DNA of 64,000 bases from a virus (Duplodnaviria > Caudoviricetes): the IMG/VR virus record IMGVR_UViG_3300010355_000898, positions 205,548-269,547 of that record; one strand, 5' to 3'. The notes beneath the pieces were generated by a model. It was not told the DNA's origin. It was given only the letters and a program-made list of their open reading frames with translations, and did not search any database. The position numbers were made by a program, and so were the translations under genes. Every line of letters starts with the position of its first letter. Positions within the stretch are counted from its first letter, which is position 1. Positions 56,642 to 64,000 of the stretch are shown piece by piece.

Positions 56642-58167
56642 GTACGCCAGCGTCATCATCAAAAGCGGCAGTATTTAATAGCAATTCTGGTATTTGTTCT
56701 ACAGGTAGGCCGCTTACATATTTTGCAATATGTAGATGGGTAAAATTTACATCATTGTCTGAAAACTATTACAGGGCGCCATTTCAATGGCGAGGTTCTG
56801 CTGCATCTGTAACTGATTATATCAGTGGTGGCGGATCTTATAGTCCTGAAGGCTCTGCCCTTCCAGCCAACGTATTAGACATACCCATGTCAAATAACAC
56901 ATGGATATTCATTGCGTATGTTTGGAACGGCACTGCATTTACAATATATACAGCGCATGAAGGTGATACTAGCCTAACAACACATACTACTGCAACTGCT
57001 GCAAGTAATCCTAATACATGGACAACATTCCAACCAGTATTAGGAATGAGATATTATGGTGTAACTGGTGATTGTGCGTTAAATATGCAATTAGCGCATG
57101 TTAGAATATTTACCAGATCTTCTGGAGCATATACTGCAGAAGAAATATTCAGCGAAGCAATGTCAAATACTCCTGTGATGACATCTGGTGTATTGTGTGC
57201 ATTTGAATTTGATAACAAATTAACTGATTCTGGACCGTCAGGTTTAACGTTAACAAACAATGGACTTGCTTTGCCATCAACTTATGTTGATGGGCCAACT
57301 TTATCATCAGGGACAGCGACACCAGATCCAGTAACTGTAACAATTTCAGAATCAACACAAAAACAGACAGATGAAATAAATGTAGCGTTATCATATCAAA
57401 CACTCACAGCGACAATTTCAGAAACAACGCAGAAACAATCTGATGTAATCGTCTCAATAGTAACAAATCCAATAATAACAGCAACGTTATCTGAGACAAC
57501 ACAAAAACAGACAGACACTATTTCAACATCAATTTCATATCAAGCAATCACAGCAACAATTTCAGAATCAACACAAAAACAGACTGATGCAATCATTGTG
57601 GGTTCTTCGGAACTTACCATGTACACTTATCAACTTGATGAATTGCCATTTAAACGTTTTGATGTGAACAGATTTAAGGCGGATATAGCCTATTCAAGTA
57701 TAACCAGCAATATGACATCAGTTTCAATTGTTAATGGCACAATAACATTACTGTTTGATAATCAGTTGTCAAAAAAGGAAGAAAAAATTCTTAGACAATT
57801 TATGATGAATCATACAGGTAAATCTCTGTTTGGAGATCAAACGCCATTGATTGATCAGACAATTCAAAATATTGTAAACAATTTTACTGCAACAAATTTA
57901 CAATCAGCAAGTGTCATTAAATTTGGCTGTACTGCTGACAGCACATTGACCGGAATTGATAGCACAGTTTTTTCAGATGGAAGATCAAAACTGATCATTA
58001 ATGATTCAGAATTTACATTGACAATTCAGAATAATAGTGCATTGAGCAATGCAGAAAATTGTTTCATAACAAGTGATGACGCGGATGTTGAACTGTCACC
58101 TGGTTATGCTGCAATTGTTTGGTATGATGAAAAATTGACAAAAATAAGAATATGGGATATACGTTGA
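56476..58167 (+). CDS. 3' part of the frameshifted gene: LamG-like domain plus ISE(S/T)TQKQTD repeats
   Basis: Overlaps the previous ORF by 166 nt in the -1 frame; coherent sequence begins near 56521. Confidence 0.6.
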   Translation: MDKSLGRFSWYWADSTNISETNSKQTDAIYSGQTPISATGNESTSSQTDAISASISTPASSSKAAVFNSNSGICSTGRPLTYFAICRWVKFTSLSENYYRAPFQWRGSAASVTDYISGGGSYSPEGSALPANVLDIPMSNNTWIFIAYVWNGTAFTIYTAHEGDTSLTTHTTATAASNPNTWTTFQPVLGMRYYGVTGDCALNMQLAHVRIFTRSSGAYTAEEIFSEAMSNTPVMTSGVLCAFEFDNKLTDSGPSGLTLTNNGLALPSTYVDGPTLSSGTATPDPVTVTISESTQKQTDEINVALSYQTLTATISETTQKQSDVIVSIVTNPIITATLSETTQKQTDTISTSISYQAITATISESTQKQTDAIIVGSSELTMYTYQLDELPFKRFDVNRFKADIAYSSITSNMTSVSIVNGTITLLFDNQLSKKEEKILRQFMMNHTGKSLFGDQTPLIDQTIQNIVNNFTATNLQSASVIKFGCTADSTLTGIDSTVFSDGRSKLIINDSEFTLTIQNNSALSNAENCFITSDDADVELSPGYAAIVWYDEKLTKIRIWDIR

Positions 58168-58595
58168 TTATGCAAAATGTTCATCAACATTATAAGCGTA
58201 ACCACCAAATTGTTGATCAGAATGTGTACAAAGAACAATTGGGTTCTGTTGGAAACATTCTGATAATGTCAGTTGACGGAGAGTACATCAGGGACAATAT
58301 TGATGTTGATTTTCTTATGGGCGGAAATCCAGGACCATACAAATATGTTCCAAATAATGAAGTTTGGATAGAATACAATTTGTCAGCAATTGATACAATG
58401 TCAATTCTACTTCATGAGCTGATTGAAATGTATCATATGAAATCTGGACATATGACCTACAATAGAGCACACAAATTGGCAGATCAATTTGAAGAACAGT
58501 TGAGAAATGTTTATGCAAATTCTGATATCAGCAAGAGTGAAGGGATTGAAATTGTTGAAAAATTTGTTGAAGCAGAAGGATTGATATCAAAATGA
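58152..58595 (+). CDS. Putative metal-binding (HExxE) protein
   Basis: GGN...YVP.NEVWIE...LLHELIE...YNRAH. Confidence 0.5.
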   Translation: MGYTLIMQNVHQHYKRNHQIVDQNVYKEQLGSVGNILIMSVDGEYIRDNIDVDFLMGGNPGPYKYVPNNEVWIEYNLSAIDTMSILLHELIEMYHMKSGHMTYNRAHKLADQFEEQLRNVYANSDISKSEGIEIVEKFVEAEGLISK

Positions 58596-59074
58596 GTTTT
58601 CAACAGCTGAGAAATGTTGATTTTGGAAAAAACAGAGCAAATGCAACAGGATCAAGTGGTGTTGGTTATACTCTGCTTGGGGACGATGGTTCTGTTGCGC
58701 AAGCAAGAACAACTACAGGAGTATATCAATTGTTGCCTGATAGTGGATTGTATGCATGTAATATTACGTTTCCTGACAATTGGCATGGTCAAATTGTTTG
58801 GGACACTGGAAGTGTATACACAACAACATATGCACTTGAACAGTACAATTATGAAGAGAACAATCCAAACAGCGATTTAACATTACAAATTGTACAAAAT
58901 ATTACCGGATCAGTGCAATTGATTAGGGATGTCACATGTGGAAGATGGAAGATTGTTGGAAATCAAATGATCTTTTATGCAGAAGACAATTTGACTGAAG
59001 TTTTACGTTTCAATCTGTATGATGACACAATGGCACCAACAATGGACAGTGTCTTTGAGAGGGTTAAGGTTTGA
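58592..59074 (+). CDS. Hypothetical virion protein
   Basis: TGS motifs; GRWKIVGNQMIFY. Confidence 0.55.
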   Translation: MSFQQLRNVDFGKNRANATGSSGVGYTLLGDDGSVAQARTTTGVYQLLPDSGLYACNITFPDNWHGQIVWDTGSVYTTTYALEQYNYEENNPNSDLTLQIVQNITGSVQLIRDVTCGRWKIVGNQMIFYAEDNLTEVLRFNLYDDTMAPTMDSVFERVKV

Positions 59075-59445
59075 TTGGTAATAGAATTGTAACAAGAGGA
59101 ATGGGAAGAAGTCTGGGGGTACCTGGGAGGTCAGGAATGGTAACTCAGGGTTATGGTGGACTGGCACAAATTATCATAAATGTTGCATCTGAAATTGTGC
59201 GAAAAGGCATAACGTATGGACGCAGTGCAACAAGAAAAGTTATTGAAGAATTTGAAACAATATTTGTGAGTGCAAAATTGATTGAGGTTAACAATTCTGT
59301 TCCAAAAAAATTAATCAAGGGTGAAATTGTTGTCAAGATGAAACGTAATGATGGAATTGTTGCAATTGCAAACTTTGTGAATTCAATTGTTGTTGAGACA
59401 GCAATGAGAGTCAAGATAGCCATTAAGAGAATATTTGGGAGATAA
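59071..59445 (+). CDS. Hypothetical protein
   Basis: IVTRGMG/MVTQGYG; TTGA overlap. Confidence 0.5.
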   Translation: MIGNRIVTRGMGRSLGVPGRSGMVTQGYGGLAQIIINVASEIVRKGITYGRSATRKVIEEFETIFVSAKLIEVNNSVPKKLIKGEIVVKMKRNDGIVAIANFVNSIVVETAMRVKIAIKRIFGR

Positions 59446-59455
59446 TTAGCAACAA

Positions 59456-59926
59456 ATGGAAAATTTAACTGAAGCGCTGAATTTGGATGTTGAAGAGCAG
59501 AATGAACTCTTGTTCAAGGTTGTTGTTGAGGGTGCAGAACAAGCACCAGCAAGCATTCGTTTGATTTGTGAAAATACAGATGGAATGTCATATATGTTCA
59601 AAGGAACGCCAATCAATGGTGAGGGTGTAATATCATTCAATCTTCCGCCAATGGTTGGAAAATTGAAAGAGGGAACATATGATGGCAAAGTTGAAGTGTT
59701 GATTGAGAATAAATGTTTCACTCCCGTTCAATTCAAAATGAATTTTAAGAAGACAGTCAAAGTTGTTGCTGAGGCAGTTGTTCCTGTGCAAAATAGAAAA
59801 CAGGAATTGAAAATTTCTGCACAACCAATTGTGAAAGTTGTTGACAGACAACATAAGCCTGATGTCAGGATTGCAACAAAGAATGATGTTGTTGACATAA
59901 CAAAAAAGATACTTGGCAAAAAATGA
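59456..59926 (+). CDS. Hypothetical protein
   Basis: 156-aa ORF upstream of the neck genes. Confidence 0.55.
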   Translation: MENLTEALNLDVEEQNELLFKVVVEGAEQAPASIRLICENTDGMSYMFKGTPINGEGVISFNLPPMVGKLKEGTYDGKVEVLIENKCFTPVQFKMNFKKTVKVVAEAVVPVQNRKQELKISAQPIVKVVDRQHKPDVRIATKNDVVDITKKILGKK

Positions 59927-59943
59927 TCGCATGATTTCATTCG

Positions 59944-59951
59944 ATATTTAA
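59944..59951 (+). promoter_or_regulatory. Putative late promoter ATATTTAA
   Basis: 4 nt before GTG of the neck gene. Confidence 0.55.
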
Positions 59952-59955
59952 GATC

Positions 59956-61161
59956 GTGCCAAAGTTTATCGAAACAATCAACCCAACGCCATTTCAATTT
60001 TTTGATGCAGATCAATCATTTCAGCTTGATGCTGATGGAATGGTACTGTTTGTGAAAAGAAAGTTGGGTGATGACGTACTGAGTGTTGAACTGTCAAATA
60101 AAGAAATTTGGTCATGTTTTGAAGAGGCAACATGTGAATATAGTCGTCTCATTCATGAAATGAAAATTCAATCAGAACTTGTCAATGTATTGGGGCTCCC
60201 AACTGGCAGCACAAATTTGACAAATATGTACCCACGCCAATCACTCGAATATCTCATAAGAATGGCTGAACCATATGCAAATGAGTCATTCGTAGGAGGA
60301 ACTCAAAATCCAGTTATTGGAGCAATTAATCTTGAATGGGGTCGTCAAGATTATGATCTGTACAATGAATTGAAACATACAAGTGGAAGTTTGACAGGCA
60401 CACTCGTTTGGGATACAATTCCCGATGAGAGAAAAACAAAATATAAGATTGTAGAGATATTTCATTTTGAACCAACAGCAGCACAACAGACATTATTGAA
60501 TGCGTCAAATATAACAAACTTCCTTGCAACGAATTTCAATTATGAATCATATGTCAACAGCACAGTGTTCTATGTATTGCCGGTTTTTGAAGATGTGCTC
60601 AGGAGAGGAATGCTCGAGTCAGCTTTCAGGGTGAGAAGATCACATTATAGTTATGAATTGCAAGGAAGTAAACTCAGAATATATCCAGTTCCAACAGCTG
60701 AATATCAATTGGGCAAATTGTTTGTCAAAATAATTGATCGACAAACTGATGTTCTTGGATCTCAATTTGGTGCAAGTGGTAGTGTTGGTGATGCATCAGT
60801 TTATGGAATATCAGGTCCATCAAATGTTCCACTTGACAATATTCCTTACACAACAATAACACAACCTGGAAGACAATGGATTAGACAATATACACTTGCA
60901 TTGTGTAAAGAATTGCTTGGTCTCATCAGATCAAAATATGACAGTATTCCAATACCAAATGGTGACGTCAAATTGAATGGTGATACATTGAGATCAGATG
61001 GTAGAGATGATCAAAAATTGTTGAAAGAACAGATGAAGGCGTGGCTTGAAAATTTGACAAATCAGAAACTTCAAGAACAGCAAGCATTATTGGCAGAGAG
61101 TGTCAACAAACAGTTGAAATATGTCCCAATGCCATTGGGCAAAGCAATATTCATAGGTTAA
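59956..61161 (+). CDS. Neck/head-tail adaptor protein (T4 gp13-like)
   Basis: KRKLG...VEL; WIRQYTLALCKELLG.IRSKY..IP.P...LNG. Confidence 0.8.
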   Translation: MPKFIETINPTPFQFFDADQSFQLDADGMVLFVKRKLGDDVLSVELSNKEIWSCFEEATCEYSRLIHEMKIQSELVNVLGLPTGSTNLTNMYPRQSLEYLIRMAEPYANESFVGGTQNPVIGAINLEWGRQDYDLYNELKHTSGSLTGTLVWDTIPDERKTKYKIVEIFHFEPTAAQQTLLNASNITNFLATNFNYESYVNSTVFYVLPVFEDVLRRGMLESAFRVRRSHYSYELQGSKLRIYPVPTAEYQLGKLFVKIIDRQTDVLGSQFGASGSVGDASVYGISGPSNVPLDNIPYTTITQPGRQWIRQYTLALCKELLGLIRSKYDSIPIPNGDVKLNGDTLRSDGRDDQKLLKEQMKAWLENLTNQKLQEQQALLAESVNKQLKYVPMPLGKAIFIG

Positions 61162-61162
61162 T

Positions 61163-61819
61163 ATGTCAAGACTTTATGTTTCAGGTAGAGATCTAAATTT
61201 CATTTCTGACATTTCAAAAGAAATTGTTAAGGATGTGATTGGTCAACAGATCATTCTGTATCCAATTTCAGAATTGAAAACATTAACACATGATGTTTAT
61301 GGTGAAGCTGTCAAAAAGATATTTGACAAGCCAATTGCTCTTGATGCAATTGTTGATGCACAACTTGAAATTGAGAACCAAACAACTGGATTTGGTTTTG
61401 ACAAGAAGTACAAAGTTGAACTCTTTCTTCACAGCAGAGATCTCATTCACAAAGGTATCAATGTGAACGTTGGTGATTTTTTCAAATATAGTAATGTATT
61501 TTTTGAGATAACACAAGTTCAGAGTTTGACAAAAGTGTTTGGTATCCCAGAACAATCAAATGGAATAAAAGTGACAGCAACCAATGCTCGTCAAGGTCAA
61601 ATTGATGAATTGATGCGTGGACCAACTGACATCAAGTATGCAGATGAGGATGCAGTTCAGGATACATTTGTTCAACAACATGGTGATGAGGATGATGACA
61701 AGAGAGATCTTGTTGACCATGGTGTTATTGAAAGAATTGACAATGCAAGAGAGGTATCACCAAGAGGTGGACAATTTGACAATTCAAACAATGGATCATC
61801 ATTCTATGGAGATGATTAA
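61163..61819 (+). CDS. Head closure/neck protein (T4 gp14-like)
   Basis: DVYGEA..K.F..P, GF, VGDFF; synteny. Confidence 0.7.
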   Translation: MSRLYVSGRDLNFISDISKEIVKDVIGQQIILYPISELKTLTHDVYGEAVKKIFDKPIALDAIVDAQLEIENQTTGFGFDKKYKVELFLHSRDLIHKGINVNVGDFFKYSNVFFEITQVQSLTKVFGIPEQSNGIKVTATNARQGQIDELMRGPTDIKYADEDAVQDTFVQQHGDEDDDKRDLVDHGVIERIDNAREVSPRGGQFDNSNNGSSFYGDD

Positions 61820-63087
61820 TGACCAACAGATTTGATGCAAAGCCAACAAAGAATTTTGGTGTCAATCCACTTCCAACTGGATATGATGGCAAAAGTACAG
61901 ATTATGTAATCCCATCATCCGGAATTGAGGATGTTGATAGGGCACTATTCAATCACATAAAGACCGGATTGCCATTACAGGTTTCAATGTCAGCAAAGAA
62001 TGTTGGTGATCTGAAAACAGTCCCAGTGATATTTGTTGGTGGAGAAAAGTGGGCACTTTCAAAACGTCATGTTCCTCACAGAGATGCCTCAGGTGCCATA
62101 ATCATACCTGCAATCTCAGTGTCAAGAACACAAATTTCACAAGACATTTCTGATATAACAACCCGTGGTATCAATCAACAGACCGGTGAGATTGTCATCA
62201 AGAGAAGACTTGATAAAATGGATAGAGGTTACCAAAATCTCATCAATAAGTTTTTTCTGGGTCAACAGAGTGACACTGCAGTGCCACTTTTGAATTCTAT
62301 TGATGGTCAACTTGCAACAGATAGAGTTGTTGGGCAGAACGTGTCTGATCCGAATGTGTATGATGGAGCAACGTTGAAACCCACATTGAAGAATAACATA
62401 TATGAATTCATTGTATTACCATCACCACAATTCTGTACGTTGAAGTATGAAATTACTTTTTGGGCACAATATCAGATTCAGATGAACCAAATGATTGAGT
62501 GTCTCATATCATCATTTCTTCAGCAAGGCAATTGTTGGAAATTGACGACTGATAAAGGATATTGGTTCATTGCTTCAGTTGAAGCAAATCAGTACACACC
62601 TGATACTAATGCAGATGACATATCAACAGAAGAAAAGTACATAAAGTACAAATTCAATGTGAATATCCCGGCATTCATATTTGCAACATCAACTCCCGGT
62701 GCACCAATTCCTGTTAGGAGGTATGTTTCAAGTCCTGATGTACACTTTTCTCTGTACACTGATGTACAAATTGATGACAATGTTGTTTCAACTGGAGAAC
62801 TTTTAGGAACAGATGATCCAACATTACCATTGAGTTTGCAACAGAACAGGAGAGATGATCAGCGATATGATGGCACAACAATGTTGAACAGAGTTGAGAC
62901 AAATGATCCTGCTCTAGGACAATTGAACAGAGGTGAAAAACCTCAAAAGTATAAAAGAGTTCAGTATTATGACAACAATTTGGGAAAAGTTGTGTCAAGA
63001 ATGATCAGAATAACTGCAGGTGATGTTGGTGAGACATCATATCATGGCATCATTTCAATTGATGACAATTTAATCATTGACGAATAA
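61819..63087 (+). CDS. Tail terminator/sheath stabiliser (T4 gp15-like)
   Basis: IEDVD, VPVIF..GEKW, IPAISVSR, YEITFW...QMNQMIE; located before the sheath gene. Confidence 0.65.
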   Translation: MTNRFDAKPTKNFGVNPLPTGYDGKSTDYVIPSSGIEDVDRALFNHIKTGLPLQVSMSAKNVGDLKTVPVIFVGGEKWALSKRHVPHRDASGAIIIPAISVSRTQISQDISDITTRGINQQTGEIVIKRRLDKMDRGYQNLINKFFLGQQSDTAVPLLNSIDGQLATDRVVGQNVSDPNVYDGATLKPTLKNNIYEFIVLPSPQFCTLKYEITFWAQYQIQMNQMIECLISSFLQQGNCWKLTTDKGYWFIASVEANQYTPDTNADDISTEEKYIKYKFNVNIPAFIFATSTPGAPIPVRRYVSSPDVHFSLYTDVQIDDNVVSTGELLGTDDPTLPLSLQQNRRDDQRYDGTTMLNRVETNDPALGQLNRGEKPQKYKRVQYYDNNLGKVVSRMIRITAGDVGETSYHGIISIDDNLIIDE

Positions 63088-63118
63088 TTTGTTAGTTTTC
63101 TTTCTTCTGGGAGGCATG

Positions 63119-63126
63119 ATACTTAA
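63119..63126 (+). promoter_or_regulatory. Putative late promoter ATACTTAA
   Basis: Intergenic, upstream of the sheath gene. Confidence 0.55.
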
Positions 63127-63160
63127 GATTTGCTAACTAGGAATTTAAGGAAACCTGATA

Positions 63161-64000
63161 ATGGCTGAGCAAATATACAAATCACCAAATTACTATGATC
63201 GTGAAATTGATCTCTCTTCTCCTTCTCCAACGGGTCCCGTTGGAACACCTGCAACAGTTGTTGGCACCTCAAACAAGGGCCCAGCATTTGTTCCTGTGAC
63301 TGTTGGAAATGTTGATGAATTTTATCAAGTTTTTGGAAGTCTTGACAACAAAAAATTTGGTCCATATGCTGCAAATGAATTTTTGAAGAACAGAAATTCT
63401 TTAACATATGTTAAGGTACTTGGTGCTGGCAGTGCAGCAACAGATGAGGATGTATTGCAAACACAGGTTTCTGGTAGAGTAAAGAATGCTGGTTTCAAAT
63501 TGCAAGGTGTCAGTGCGCCAAATGATGTTCAGGGTCGTCATTCACAAGCTGTCCAATTTCTTGTTGCAACTCACACAGTGACAGCAAATGAAGCACTCGG
63601 CATGCCAATTTTCACAGATAATGATTCATACACTGGATCAACAGCAAATCTTGTTAGGGCAGCAATCTTTTCAACAAATACATCAAGAGTGATGATATTT
63701 GATGGCAATGAAAATTTGGCAGGTAAGTTCACAGCAACGGGACCTGATGACACTGCAATAACAGATGCAAATGGTAAATTCAAAATTGTGATATCATCTT
63801 CACTTGGATCAACATACAGCAATTCAGATGGTATTCCTGGCATCAGGGTTTTGACAGCATCATTTGATCCAACTGCAACAGACTATGTTGGGAAAATTCT
63901 GAACACAGATCCAGAAAAATTCTATGATGAACAACACTGTTTATATCTTGATTTCCCAGTTGACAATGAATTGGCATCAACCACGTCAGCAGCTGTTTCA
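63161..64000 (+). CDS. Contractile tail sheath protein (5' part; runs off window)
   Basis: Hand-translated MAEQIYKSPNYYDREIDLS...VVGTSNKGPAFVP...EFYQVFG; AAGGA RBS. Confidence 0.85.
   Translation, partial: MAEQIYKSPNYYDREIDLSSPSPTGPVGTPATVVGTSNKGPAFVPVTVGNVDEFYQVFGSLDNKKFGPYAANEFLKNRNSLTYVKVLGAGSAATDEDVLQTQVSGRVKNAGFKLQGVSAPNDVQGRHSQAVQFLVATHTVTANEALGMPIFTDNDSYTGSTANLVRAAIFSTNTSRVMIFDGNENLAGKFTATGPDDTAITDANGKFKIVISSSLGSTYSNSDGIPGIRVLTASFDPTATDYVGKILNTDPEKFYDEQHCLYLDFPVDNELASTTSAAVS

Noticed and set aside
49827-58167. Diversity-generating retroelement acting on fibre genes
   Set aside because: No reverse transcriptase in the window, and no repeat pair differing specifically at adenines was seen
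1-64000. Stop-codon reassignment as seen in some large phages
   Set aside because: Core genes are full-length and densely packed in the standard code; TAA, TGA and TAG all terminate genes
1-64000. tRNA/rRNA genes
   Set aside because: Intergenic gaps are short and no cloverleaf or T-loop signature was noticed; tRNAscan-SE/Infernal would be needed to exclude them fully

Overview
AT-rich (by eye roughly one-third G+C) 64-kb segment of a large T4-like myovirus genome (probable jumbo phage), read in the standard genetic code. From left to right it carries: a minus-strand glycosyltransferase cluster; an intergenic tandem-repeat block; a membrane PAS protein; a proteostasis/regulatory block (degenerate GroEL-like, ClpP, DinG-like helicase, Hc1-like protein, stand-alone sigma70 region-4 protein, PIN-PhoH); putative baseplate/tail genes; a gp4-like nuclease; RuvC-like, primase and SbcD/SbcC genes; the head module (terminase and portal each with an intein, prohead protease, scaffold, gp23-type capsid); two free-standing homing-endonuclease-like genes; a repeat-rich tail fibre; a frameshifted lectin/SGNH protein; and neck, tail terminator and tail sheath genes. 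No tRNA, rRNA or CRISPR was seen. The most notable observations are four. (1) A stand-alone Cys-rich sigma-4 protein has an altered recognition helix that fits a recurring non-canonical -35 (TGTACA) in apparently leaderless promoters. (2) The SbcD nuclease is split inside its catalytic domain, with complementary acidic/basic peptides at the break. (3) An (S/T)-G-S motif is strongly enriched in virion proteins, in a genome that also encodes glycosyltransferases. (4) The GroEL-like protein lacks ATPase motifs. All functional calls come from motif recognition by eye; no database search was run.
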